This document shows, one piece after another, positions 1 through 12,500 of a DNA stretch of 64,000 bases. The translations under genes were made by a program, and so were the position numbers. The number at the start of each line of letters is the position of its first letter. Positions within the stretch are counted from its first letter, which is position 1. Below the pieces are notes generated by a model that was not told the origin of the DNA, ran no database searches, and saw nothing but the letters and a program-made list of their open reading frames with translations. The stretch covers positions 3,906,001 through 3,970,000 of the forward strand of contig JBLDXI010000007.1 in the NCBI GenBank assembly GCA_047495785.1. Reading direction: 5' to 3'. This DNA is from Lepidodermella squamata (taxonomy: Eukaryota; Animalia; Gastrotricha).

Positions 1-234
1 TCGCTTGCTGCTACAAAATGGCCTCAGAAGAATCTTTCAAGTAAGTTCTGGTTTTCACCGATTAGCTTCTCCAAATGAATATTCAGAGATCGAAAAATAT
101 GTCTTTGGAATGTTATCGACGATTTTCTTTAGAGCGGAGATCCTGAATTTCGGGGTCCACAACGAAATACCTTTGTTTCCCCGAAATGCTTTTATTCAGG
201 TTTAATACATATCTGAAATAAAATCCGTCTTCGA

Positions 235-508
235 TCTAGTTTTAGACAGCGTATCTAACACAGAGAACTAATCGCGGGTGGAACAGTATCGCCGGTTGAG
301 CCCCCAGCCAGCATATCACTAGCTCGCCTTTTCTGTTGAATTGATCGAACACGGCTGTAATGTTGAAGTGCCTGGACAGACCGATGACCTGTGACCTATT
401 TAATAACAAAAATTGAATCAATCGACGAGAAAATTATTGAAAATTATTACTTGAATAATGGCTAATCTTGCATAATGAATAATCGGCCTAGCGCTGTCTA
501 AAACTAGA
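235..508. mobile_element. Small non-autonomous element (MITE-like) with 17-bp inverted termini
   Basis: TCTAGTTTTAGACAGCG (235-251) is the exact reverse complement of CGCTGTCTAAAACTAGA (492-508); no coding capacity between them. Confidence 0.55.
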
Positions 509-1615
509 ACTCGGTCGCTATACTATACTTAAGATCTAAATTCGTCTATTATCATGCCCAAACGATAAACCTCCCGGTGACACCTGATTTGCGCTATTTA
601 GCGATAATTAATTTTACAAATTACCGATATCCGGAGTTTTGACATCTAGAAATTGAAAAGGAAGGAAGGAAGAATGCGGAGATCGGAATTTTCCAAGCTT
701 CTAAGTTCTTCTAGAAAAATCGTACGAGGGGCTTATTGGTTCGCCTACCTGTGAAGTTGGCAGAGCGCAGTTGCGTAGAATCGAGAAATGAGCAGACCCA
801 AACAGTGAAACCAGTGATCTTCTGGAAACCAATCAGCAGTTGAAGCAGAAAATGTCATGCTATCTATCGTATTGGGTCCCTTTTCTGCGACAGAAGTTCA
901 TGCGAGCCAACAAACTGCGGACCCAAGCTTTGCCCAATCCGACGGTTCCACCCTGCGAAAATAATACATGGGGGCACTCTATAAGATACACCGTCCACGG
1001 ATATTCCTGGATATTCCGAAAATTCAATATTTTGAGGTTATATTGGGGAGCTAATTCTCGTCAAATTATCCAGAAAAACCTGATTGATCTTTTCTGTGAG
1101 CTTGACCATTTCCGAGGTTCACATCTGGATCGTCAGGATTCGGAATTGAAGTATTTCAGCTGCCCATGAAGGAATTGCATTTATTGAAAATGTAAAAGCG
1201 TGGACAATAGGCGCCGACTAAGTATTGCTGGTACGATGCCGCAGCAGTAGATTCGGAATGATTCAGAAACTGTTCTATTATTTTAATGCCGGCGTCAAAT
1301 CACGTACTCGAATATTTCGGAATGCAGTTAGCAGTTAGCATCACGTTTCTTTGCACGGAAAACTTGAATGAAGTGACATTATTGGGTCTTTCTGATGCAG
1401 GCAGGAACCTGTCCCACAAAGCATTACATGTAACTGATTACTCTTCCATCGTAGAATATGCATCAAACCACATCATACCCAGTCTCATTTCCTTCCGAAT
1501 CCCCCGCTTTTTATGCTGAGACAATAATTTGCGGATATCAGTCATCTTATCATGAAGCATGACTTGCCACCTTCTGCAATAACTTACTGGCTAAAAATAT
1601 GTAATTCTCTTTCTA

Positions 1616-1940
1616 GCCGATGTCTCGCAATCTTGAAAATTGCGCAAAGCCGTGGCTCAACAGTTGGTTCACGCGGTGTTTGTTTCGCCGGCATGCTAGC
1701 TCTGAAAGTCCATAAACCAGCCGTGTGTCTAGAAATTCTTGGTCTGCGGCCGCGAAGCCTACGCCCCACCCCACTCAACAACCTCCGCGCTATGGCTTTG
1801 GCCGAGCTTGGCCATGTTGAAGACGCTATCCAGATTCTGCGTTTCGTAGCGCATCAGGACGAACCGAAAAGCCGAAGCTCTGGACCGATCGCTCGCAGCA
1901 GGCCGACAGTTTTCGCAGACACGCTTGACCGAATAAATTC
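1616..1940 (+). CDS. Exon of a PTCD2-like (mitochondrial pentatricopeptide repeat / MRP-S27 family) protein; remaining exons not resolved
   Basis: Acceptor ttctag near 1615 and donor gtgagt at 1941. RGVCFAGMLALKVHKPAVCLEIL...NLRAMALAELGHVEDAIQILR resembles the C-terminal half of invertebrate PTCD2 as I recall it. Confidence 0.45.
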
Positions 1941-2060
1941 GTGAGTTTTTTTTTTAATTTTTACTTCAAAGAAGTCGAAACAGATTCCAAAACACGCAAA
2001 AATGAATCGGCACTGAACGGCAAAAATTCATGTCTGAAACATTGTAAAGGTTGTTATAAG

Positions 2061-4224
2061 TTATCGATCACCGGCTGCAGATGGCGGGGGTCGGAACATG
2101 CCCCCGTGGGCAGTAGAATTTGCCGACATAGCCCAAGCTGGCTGGCGAGCGACTCCGCTAGATGGCATCGCACTGCCATCTCTGTTGTCATAAGCGTAGT
2201 AATTTCCCCCGGGAAAAGCAGTTGATGCAGCTGAAGAATAGCGGAACATGTTTGGTGGCGGCATATGGGCGCTGGGCAGCGTTTGCCGTGGTACTGCGGG
2301 TTGCATCATTGGAACAGCCGTAGGCATGGTATTCATCATAACTGGCTGTTCTAACTGCTGGAAACTCGGCATTGGCCGATGAGAGAAAGGCGCCGCGCTC
2401 CACTGGCCGGGCCCGTAGTAGGCGCTGTAAGCTCCCGTCATAGCTCGCCCATTTCCACCATCGTCATCATCCGATGAAGTTGAGTTGCCATCGCTACTTG
2501 ACGAACTGTCATCTTCTCCCTTCTTACGATTGCTGAATTTCTCCATCAGTGCTTTGATCTTAATTACAAGACCCAGTTATCTAAAGTTCATTCCAGATTT
2601 AAGAACTAACCTGTTCAGAAACGCTTTCTTGAATCATCTGTAGGCAAGTTGATAGCATAGCCATTCCCAAGAAGCAATAGAACCATGTTAAGCCGAATTT
2701 CCAGTTTACGTGCGTTTCAGTGTTGGTATTCACGAGCCCTGGCACCAGGTCGCCAAATCCGATTGTCAGAGTCGTGATGAACTGAAATTTCTTGATTAAA
2801 GCTGACTTTCAAGATAAAGGAATGACTCACCGAAAAGTAGATGGCGTCTAAGAACGACCAGGCCTCGGTGAATGTGAATATTACTCCACCAAATAGTACG
2901 ACACTTAACAGTAGCATAAGCGAAACTGCGACGGGCATCCTCTGTGTCATAGTTAGCTCATCTTCGGCATCGTCTTCGCTCGAGTCGCCGCCCGAGTCGT
3001 CCTCGAGCGCCTCGAGAAACGCTGCGTTTGGTGCGTCCGGCTGAGTTCGCCACTGCGCGACCATTCTAGCAGCCATATTTTTCCTTGAATCCCCATTAGT
3101 TTTAACCGACCGGCACGATCCGCAGCAACACACCATGTGATAGGCGTAATGAGCTACTTCGGACAAAAAGTTACCTAACTTGGCTAGGCTGGTCAAAAAC
3201 ATCGGCATTCCGACTAGGGCGTAGCAAATGAGAACGATCCGGCCCCAGCTTGTCGAAGGGGCGATGTGGCCGTAGCCGATAGTTGTGACAACAGTGACGC
3301 AGAAGAACGTCGCTGACATGAAGTGCCATGTTGGAAGCATGGTCTCGCAATCATCGCCAGTCCACGTTGAGTTGTTGAACGCGAATATGAATGTGTTCAT
3401 CGTCTCGCGGTACTGCACGAGCCGTTCATCTTGATTCAGCTGGAAATTGCTGGACGCGGAAATAATAGCTTCACGGGCTTTATCCATAGCGTTGTGGTAC
3501 TTGCCCCGATTCTGATCACGAGAGTAAAACAAGAGTAAAAAAGAGAATTCAAGGAATTAATTTCGCCGCATTGTCAATTCTGGCTGACCTTGAACCTAAG
3601 ACCAGACGAGCTGTGACAAGTCAATAAGAGTTCAGGATAACCCAGGTTTAGGGTATAACTTCACTGTAAATGATATCAATCTCTAACACATTCGTATAAG
3701 GGTTCTATAATTCGAGCTTAAGCTGCCCAAACATCCCGATTTCGGCCTGATTTAAGTGACCCTCCCAATCTGAGTCAGTGCTACAGAGCGAATCTCATTC
3801 TCTCCTGTTGGTGCTCGTTACATGGTGAACAATGACGGAAATCTTACCGTTTTACAACTCTGGACTTCGTTGTAAACCTCCATGGAGCTGAACATGTATC
3901 CGCCCAAAAAGCAGAAACTGATAACTCCAAGTAGAATTCCTACGTTCGTCCCAAACCATTTCAACATTGTTCGGTAGTGCTCCTTTTTCCATTTTTGCTT
4001 CAAATACTTGATTAAGAAACAAGATTAGCAAGTCTATATCTGTACGGTATTCATTTTAGGCTTACCTGGTCGTCAAGGTAAAGATGCACCACTTCTTCAT
4101 CAGCGCCCGGTGTGAAATCTGCTTTACCCTTGCTATCGTCACCTTCAAAGTCTGGATTCTCGCCAAATGCAGTTGAGTCTTCAAACTCGTGGAACAAAGC
4201 TTTGTTTTGCTCGGAATCGCCCAT
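2061..4224 (-). CDS. Two-pore-domain (TWIK/K2P) potassium channel; exons 4224-4066, 4006-3848, 3511-2831, 2781-2611, 2558-2061
   Basis: Pore 1 FFCVTVVTTIGYGHIAP, pore 2 YFS|FITTLTIGFGDLVPG, four TM segments. All introns are GT-AG and keep frame. Start ATG at 4224 is tentative. Confidence 0.9.
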
Positions 4225-4867
4225 TTTAAGAGGCTGTACTTCCCTTGTAGACACCCTTTCACCGTTTGACGGTTGACTTATCAAACGATTAGTAACTCTT
4301 GAATAATTGATTCAACTCCATGACAGACGAGAAAAGTCAATAAGCGCAGCTAACATCACCGTTTCGATTACTGCATGTAATGAAAGCCGTTAATTTTATA
4401 CCCATTATTTATCACTCTACACTCCTTAATTATTAATTTGGCGCTATCTATCATCATCTAACTTGCCATTTTTATGCTAGCTGGGCCTTCTTAATCGACC
4501 ACTATGATCCAAACTGATCCTTGGAAATGAAGTGGGGTTGGCGAAATTTTAGATTTCAGAAGCATTCAACGCCAATTAATGAGGAAGACGATAGCGTAAG
4601 GGACTTGGTCCAATCAAAAATCGAAGGTGAATTGGTCATTGCTAGCGCGTTGGCGCGATAGCGAGGCGCAACTCGCCAAAATTTGCGAAGTCTTGTTCAA
4701 GAAATGTTAGCGATTGAGTTGAATGTGAATATGAAGGCTCATTTGCTAGGTCTACTATGGAAATTGGAGAATCCATAATTTTGACCAAAAATATTAAGGC
4801 GAATAAACCAATTATATTTATTTGTATATTAATAATTTTCAATTATATCTGTTGAATTTGTTGACAG

Positions 4868-5195
4868 GGCTGCTTTCAAACTGGATGACAGCGCGGTTGC
4901 TCAGCGCATGAGAAACATTGAGAACGCTCTGCGAGACGGGGGTCACGTGATTGCAGGGCAGCGATTCGACGACTTTTTGCAAATGGCGATTAAACTGCCG
5001 CGAAAGGCCACGCCGATATCTGCGTCTTCGCGCTACTCATCCCGCAGCAGCAGTCCCAACTCTAGGCGCTACACTTCAGGCCGGCGTGATGAAGAAGAAT
5101 CCGCTGAGCCGAGTGAAGATGAAGACGTTGTCGAGCTATCCGATGACAGGCTGGCTGGCAGTGATTCCGCGGTTACTAGTCGAAAGCGAAGGTGA
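4868..5195 (+). CDS. Terminal exon of a small uncharacterised protein with a Ser/Arg-rich then acidic C-terminus
   Basis: Acceptor gacag at 4867, open frame to TGA 5195, AATAAA near 5211 and 5274. Upstream exons not resolved. Confidence 0.4.
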
Positions 5196-5325
5196 AAAAA
5201 AATAGAACGAAAATAAATGAAGAAGTGGTTTGCCTACTCACCACCACCCAGTTGTGCCTTAAAATAGCTCAAAAATAAATCAATCGACTTTTTTAATTTT
5301 ATAGTATTTATTCATATTTTCAATC

Positions 5326-5832
5326 ATGGACGCTTTGAGGAATCGAGACGAAAATTCGAAGTTCGACATTGTCGATTCTGCCTTCGAAAAGATGGCCTTG
5401 ACCAATTCGGTTGAGCAAACCGTTATTACCGAAATCACGTCGGATCCTTTTTCATCTGAAAGTTGCCCCATCAAATCGTTGACTAAGCGACTTGAATTGG
5501 AGGGCGATCAACCGCTAGATGTTGCGATCTCAGTATTCCCGAACCGTGTCGTGTTGGTCGCGAGCCAGATCAACGGCGCTATTGGAAATTGGGTTTTGGC
5601 AAAGGCTGTTGATGCCGTAGTTTCAACCCGAGTGATTTTTGGTGCAGATGAGCCTTGTTTGCATGTGGTAGCAAGGCGCGTGGCTATTGCCCTTGGATCT
5701 ACCCGTCCGCTGTTGTGTAGCTTTACATTCCGTGATCGCCACAGCATGGAACATGTCAACCGCGTCTCAGCTGTGCTGGTCGAGTATCTCAGTCAACTCA
5801 GAAATGAGCAGTCGCTATGGTTTGGGGCGTGA
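5326..5832 (+). CDS. PSMG3: Proteasome assembly chaperone 3 (PAC3), single exon, with an N-terminal extension
   Basis: VFPNRVVLVASQ..GAIG and TRVIFGADEPCLHVVARRV match the PAC3 pattern (human TKVLLGQDEPLIHVFAKNL); RPLLCSFTFRD..SME also matches. Confidence 0.8.
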   Translation: MDALRNRDENSKFDIVDSAFEKMALTNSVEQTVITEITSDPFSSESCPIKSLTKRLELEGDQPLDVAISVFPNRVVLVASQINGAIGNWVLAKAVDAVVSTRVIFGADEPCLHVVARRVAIALGSTRPLLCSFTFRDRHSMEHVNRVSAVLVEYLSQLRNEQSLWFGA

Positions 5833-6002
5833 CGATTTAACACTGTATTGCTACGGAAACTAGTGATAACTATTGGATTATTTTGAAAATAAAAATATAT
5901 CGAATGCTATACTTATCCGCTTTTTGCTATGTTCCATTTTTTGTAATTTGGGGGTGCAATGACTTGGGAGATGGGAAAGCTGAATTATAAATAGACACTT
6001 AT

Positions 6003-6413
6003 AGAGGACGACCCCGAACTAGATGGATCCACGGAGTGCATAGAAGTTTGATTAAAGTATGACTGACTAAGGAATTACGCCGGAAAAAGAAAAAGAGCAC
6101 TAAGAAAAAGGCCAAGGATAAGAAGGGCAAAACGCCAAAGAATAAAGGTAAGGAAAAATCCGGCGAAAAGGAGTTTGAAATCAAAATTATACCCGATTTC
6201 CAACTAGCTGAAATGGTGTCTTTTGAAAAAGATGAATGGAGCATGATTGTTAACTCGATTGAAAACTATGCATTTTTCGGAAAAAGCAAGATCTTCAACT
6301 GTGGGGGTGGGTAAGAATTTCTCTTTGCCTGCCTTCCCCTCTTCAAAACCGGAAACGGTAAATGACGCTCAGTCTAGAAGAGGCTTAAATAAAACTATTA
6401 TTATTATTATTAT
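6003..6413 (+). mobile_element. 5'-truncated RTE-type LINE 3' end with (TAT)n tail
   Basis: Nearly identical to 34299-34710 on the opposite strand; encodes RGRPRTRWIHGV...EWxMIV; TAT repeats at ~6396-6413. Confidence 0.85.
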
Positions 6414-7101
6414 ACTTTAACGACGTTCGAATGTTTTTTTCGCTTTCGAACATGGCGAGGTAGAGCATTCCATGCGACTACATGAGGTAGATTGAGCCTG
6501 TTTGCTGGTGCAGAATGGAACTTATAGGACTTTTGCTCACATGGGCTGAGCAAGATTCTGAATCTTTGGAGCATTGCTTGGATCGTTGCAAGAGCTTCAG
6601 TTTGGATGGATTGGCTAGACTTAAGGTTTTACTGTCGGCAGCTTGTTCCAAGATAGCATCGCAGTAGTTAAGGTAGCTCATAAATAGTTATCTGGGAGTT
6701 TTGGTTAATATGTGCTTAGAAGCTAGTTTTGAGCTTAGGCACCACGATTCGCCTTCGCTGTTTTTCAAGTAGCAGTGGCTCATCCAGAATGACCCCCAGA
6801 ATTGTGATCGCTTTCAGACAAACGAGTTTCACCCTCTTTGACCTCAATTTCGGTCGACAAGCCGCCGCTTTTGGAATTTCTTAGCGGCTAAGAGCTGCAT
6901 CCCTGTCGCATGCCCTGTCGTTGTCCCTCAACATGCTTTTACCACGGTTTAAGGACAGATAAAGAAGTCAAAATGATTTTGATTGATAAGAAGTTTGATT
7001 TCTATAAAATCGACGTCTTTATTTTTGATCATTGATATGGATGAAACTTCAAATAGTACGTATATTTTTGGAATAGAATCATGTCTGGGGTCTCTATGTT
7101 T

Positions 7102-7781
7102 TTACACAGATCTGTAAATGAGGTAAGACACCGCTGAAAGCATCGCCGTCGAGATGGAAAATTTCTTATTATTGGCTGAGTTACAAAGATCACTTTGACA
7201 GCATCGGCTCATAATATATGGCTCTAAAATAATCAACAGATCATTTTAAAGTCAATTAATTTCACACTCGGTTTTAGGAACATACCAACATTAGCTCCAA
7301 CATCGGCTGGGCAAACGAAATAACAGTACCTGATAAAAACCATATTTTAAATTTGATTTATTTAATACCATTTTTCTTATTACCTGTCCCATTTCCACGG
7401 ACCGATCGGTGGGGCGTATCGGGTCTCAACGCAATATCGGCCCATTCCATGCGGACATTCCTGATAGAACCCATAGTCCGCATAGCACTAATTTTCCCCT
7501 GAAATTTATTTAATTTTACCTGAATTTGACCACGGTCTTGACAACCGGAGCATACGTAACAGGATCTGTGAATGCTGAATCCTTCAGGTCGGAATTAAAA
7601 CCATAAATTATTTAGCACATTAATAGGGGAAATTCCTACCCCACGCCAATTCATACATGTTTATATTGGATAACTGCGCTTCTGGAGGAAAAACAATAAG
7701 AAAAATGCAAGCAATTAATTAATTGGGCTAACCTGTTACAGGCGCAAGTAGCACGGCTAGAGCGAGAACGGTGAAACCCAT
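7102..7781 (-). CDS. Ly6/uPAR (three-finger) GPI-anchored protein, 131 aa; exons 7781-7733, 7681-7640, 7581-7520, 7460-7384, 7329-7286, 7223-7102
   Basis: Spliced product MGFTVLALAVLLAPVTEA...SCYVCSGC...ECP...YCVE...RYCYFVCP...RCCQSDLCNSA...AMLSAVSYLIYRSV. Signal peptide, 10 Cys, CCxxDLCN, hydrophobic tail. Five GT-AG introns keep frame (396 nt total). Confidence 0.85.
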
Positions 7782-9598
7782 TTTCAGTATTAAAGCTGAG
7801 GAATACTTCCAATTGAAATATGGATGCATGTTACCTACGCGTAAAAAAGAAGAAGAATATTTTCGTATAAGCGATCAATCCTCAAATTCAGGAGCTGATG
7901 TAAATACTCGAACGAAAGAAAACCGGATATAGATGGACGTATATTGCGAGACTTGCCTCGGGAGCATTTAGTCAAGGTTGGAATCTTTGTTATACATAAG
8001 TCTCACTTGCTGCATGCTCGCTTTATGATGATGTCTCGTCCATCTCTGCAGTGTTTGACCAGGTAAAACACAAACTGGTCTTCCGTTGTGGCGTTTGCGG
8101 ATCATCGCAGTTACTTAGCTATTCCGGCTGCCATGCGTTTTATGATTTACGGGCGCAACGTAAACAACGAGCGCGCTCGTGTGACGGGAGACAACGAGGC
8201 GGTAATATTTATAGCAGGATGCGCGCACAAGATACCGCCCGGTCCCCGCTCACAAAATCCCACCGTCCATCTTCATCAGCACTTGCTTTGTGTGCGAGGA
8301 CAACAAGGCCACAAATCAAGAGCCACTAACAATGCAAACATGTCACCAATGCACAACGCTTCGGCAAAAATGAGAGTAACCACGGTATTCAGCGTATTTC
8401 ATCTTGATGAGATACATTCAACATTTCTCGCTGACAGCTTTTTTGAAGAATCTTTGTTTCTGAATGCCCGCCTGAAACCTGGACTCGAAATTTATCGCAT
8501 TACAGCTTTTATCCAGAACTAACTACCTAATTACGTTACGCTAATTACCGAGTAGCTTGATCATTTTCGATGAATTATGGTCGAATATCGCTGATCGATC
8601 ACATCAATAGTGTTATTTATTCCGCTTGTTTGTTAAGTGTGAAGTCATTGCAAAGGCCGGCAATCAGGTTTTTCCTGGGATCTGGTAGGGACTCGAGCTT
8701 TAATAGTTCTCAGGGATTTCTCCTAGCGAAAACCGAAGACGGAGTTTGACCTTACAAAAAAGAATTGCCAATATTTCAGAATTTTCCGAATGTGTCGGTA
8801 ACTCGCTATTCGCTATCCAGAATTTTTGCTACACCTAATCTACTGACCTCTGAAAATGCAAGAAATCGTTGTTTTGGAATCTTCCAGGAGCTAGTTCGAA
8901 TCAAGTTCCGTCATTTTCAATTTCCACTTTGTCACGAATTCTTTTCATGAGAATAAAAAAATCCGAAGCAATTCGAATTACAAATCAGTTCACTTTTTAT
9001 TAGACTCGTGAGACGAGAATCAGCCATAAGGTCGCATTCGACGACCGAGAAGAGGTGCATATTACTGCTATTATCATGTGGTTGTAGCCGAAATTCGCAC
9101 AAGGACAGAATACAAGAGAGAAAGCACTTGCAGCACAGTCAGACCTTACTGTTTCCAATTATTTACCGCGCATTTTACACAATCAAAGAGACATATTTTT
9201 CAAAAACAAATTTTGTTACCCAGAGAGCGATCAAATTTTACATCAAATACTACATTTTACGTGTAAAGACAAACAAAATTTAGAGAGGGAAATAACAACG
9301 AATTCAGAAGAGCGAAAAATTATCTGCGATTTGAAAACAAAACAATTTTTAATCGAATTTTGAGGACGAAGGAAACAACGCAAAAATCGAATGAGCATAC
9401 CCAAAAGTTATTTTTTTACCTGCTTTCAACAGGAAAATATCGACATTTTATTTCGAAATTTTTGTAAAAAAAAACGATCCGCGACAAATAGTATTTCTTC
9501 TCAAATTATTAATACCGGTTTAAGTAGCAAATTAAATGCGAAAATTTTGGAGGGCAAGAAATAACCGAAGTGGCGTTGGCTCAATTTGATTCGGGCAC

Positions 9599-12500
9599 TC
9601 AACCGTCGAGATATTTCTGGAAAAATTTAAGCACGTGCAGGGGCCACTTCTGGCGCACCTCCTTGTAAGGCAGCACCTCGGGCGTCGAGTCGCCCTGCCA
9701 TTTGACCAAAAATCGCCACTTGTCGACTAGCGAGTACAGGTCGCGATGCGGCGCCTCTCGCGAGCCTTCCAGGTAGAAGCACAACAGTTTCTGCGGCCGT
9801 TTCGATACCGGTAACACAGCAGCCTGCACAAGTGAAAAAATCAGGATGGAGATCCAGCTGTGAAACTTAAAAAACTCACTTTTTCATTTTTGGAATTTGC
9901 AGCAGTGGCAGCGGCGCCTTTTTTCTTTTTGCGAGGGTCGCCTTCAGGCCGAGTCTCCCAGAATTTATCGAGCAGATCCTGGCAGTTCAAGCTGTCCTCA
10001 GGCTCCCAAGTGTTGTCAGCTCTGAAACCACACGAAATGTTTCATAGATTATACAAACGTCCAGAATAATCAGTAATATCGTTCAATTTGACATGCATCA
10101 TGAAAAACATTGCGAAATGCTGCTTCAAACTCGTAAATGAGCCCCGCAAAGCGATTTCGGCGCCATCTAGTCATTTGAATAGACAACAAAATCCTTATTA
10201 CGCATAATCCTTATTACACAACACCCTATTTTCGAATGACTGAAGACAGAAATGGGACCGAAATCGCTTGGTGGGTCTCAAATACATTTGACTGCTAACA
10301 AGTGATAAGTGGGGTTTGGTGTATTTTCCAGCAAATGGCAGAACGGGTGTTGACTTGAAGAAGGACGATTCTTGGATTTCTAGCTATACATACGCATTTA
10401 TTTTTGATGAGGATTTTGAATTATAAAAATTCAGACCTCCAGGAGGCTCCCATCCACCTCAAAAGACACGAGACCCAAAAAGGCTTATCAATTTAGGTTG
10501 GCGTGGAAGCATTAGCTTGATTCTATCAAAATTTTTGAACATCTGGCAAGATTCCTCACCACAGATTACCCAAAAATCTAGACTGCGCATAAGAAAATAA
10601 CGTCAGAATTCCGAATTTAGCGCGACACATTTTTCAGAAATTCGCCATTTTTAGCCGTAAACTGTGAAGCCCATTTTCTCCGAAACCCTGATGACTGTCT
10701 ACCTCTTTTTGATATCGTTTGACTCCTCGTTCATTGATCTTGAAAGCAGCATCATAATCTCACAAAAACTTCGCCAAATCCAACTTTTCACATGTTAACG
10801 GTTATTATGAAAATTTGACAAATGCCTTTAGATACAATTGAGAATCATTCGAAATGCGAGTTTTGACCGACCTAAACTCACGTTCTGTACAATGACAATA
10901 TTTCAGGGGTTGACTTCAATCAATAAATTTTGATTTAAATGCCGCGATGGCTTGTAGCTTAGTTAATACAATTGTTTGAACTTATGCGACTTACTCGTCA
11001 TAGCCGACCCATTTCAAGAAGTAGAACCGCTTGCTGCCGCGGTACATGACGTCGACGACCTTCTCCACCTCAAACTCGTCCTCCTCGCTGCTCTCGCCGT
11101 CCTCATTGTCGCCGCCGCCGCCATTCTCATCGCCGTTCTTCTTCTTATCATCCTGCTCCTCGTCATCAGAACCGCAATCACTAGCCGCAGCCCGAGTCTT
11201 CTTACCATTACTCTTCTGCTCGCTAGCAACCGCTTGCTGCGGCGGCTTTTCCAGGGTCTCGAAGCACCCATTTGCCTGGACAGCCCTTTCGAAGTAGTCA
11301 AGCGCGTGCAGCGGCCAGAGTGTGTCGAAAACTTGTGACGACACAATTTGCATACCATTGATGCCGTTCCCACTCGCCAGATTATCGCTATTCGGCGTTT
11401 CATCGAGGCATTTCCGCTCGATTAGGTAGCACAGATCGCCCTCGGACTCGCGGTACACGGCTAGAATGCGCTGCGGTTCAATGTTGCCGACGACTTCGAG
11501 CGATTTCGCCCGATTCGCTGCTACAGTTGCGTTGCTGCTACCCGTTGTTGTTGTTGTCGCTGTAGAATTTACTGCCGCTGGAGCTGCGGGTTGGTGGTTC
11601 TGCTCGGCGCTAGCTTTTAGTGGCGATTCCGCGGCGGAGTGGTTGTGATTGCTGGATTTGGCGGGTTTCGACGGTTGTTCCGGCGCTGTTTTCGAGTCGT
11701 CCTTCTTCGCTGCACTGTTTACACTGGTTGTCGCTGATTGCGATTTCCTCGCTGTTGTGGCCTAGAATTAATGGAAATATCCTGAATGTAACAAGCTGTC
11801 GGCAAATCAATGTTATACAAGTGAACGATTTCTTGGGAAATTATTTTGCTATAATACTGCATCTTCAATCACAGAGAGGCTTCGAAGCTCAAATCTAAGT
11901 CATTACATAATGAATATGAGTGACAGGAATTGGCTATCTGAAGACTTTCATCCATACAACCTGCTTTACTCGGCCTTTGGTGTTTCTCAATTCTCTATTC
12001 CTATCAATTTTTCTTCCGCAAGTGAAGTAAATCATCGAACTAGCTGTAAAAGGCCAACATTGGAATTCATAAAAATAAAGCATAAAGGCTTATTCCGCAT
12101 ACATAATTACTTTTGATACTTGAAAGTAATGCAAATATGTATTTCTCATACGAGATACTTGCAATAACTTATTCTAATCCAAGTCACTAAAAACTTGGTA
12201 GAAAAAACGAGTTTACAGGGTAGCAAAAGCTTCTAATCCTCGTATCTATAATTGGATTGATTAATATGTGTTGGGGAAACTTCATTTCTTCTGACTCAAA
12301 AAAGTAAGTTCATCATTAAAGCGCTGCTTTCTAGGACGTCATTCGACTTCTTTCAATGATAACTTTTCCAAGTAACCGCCGAAAGGAACCCAGGCGACGT
12401 CTTTTCGCAAATCACACGAGGGGAGAAAAGCGCATAGTTTGCTACCCTGGGCTTAGCATGAGACTTATACAACCATTAGAGAACTCAAATTTCTTGATTT

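Noticed and set aside
2559-2830. Apparent truncation of the K2P second pore in the ORF track
   Set aside because: Resolved by two short introns; TIGFG and TM4 are intact.
6430-6960. Coding-like stretch after the RTE tail
   Set aside because: Only short frames with stops; no motif identified.
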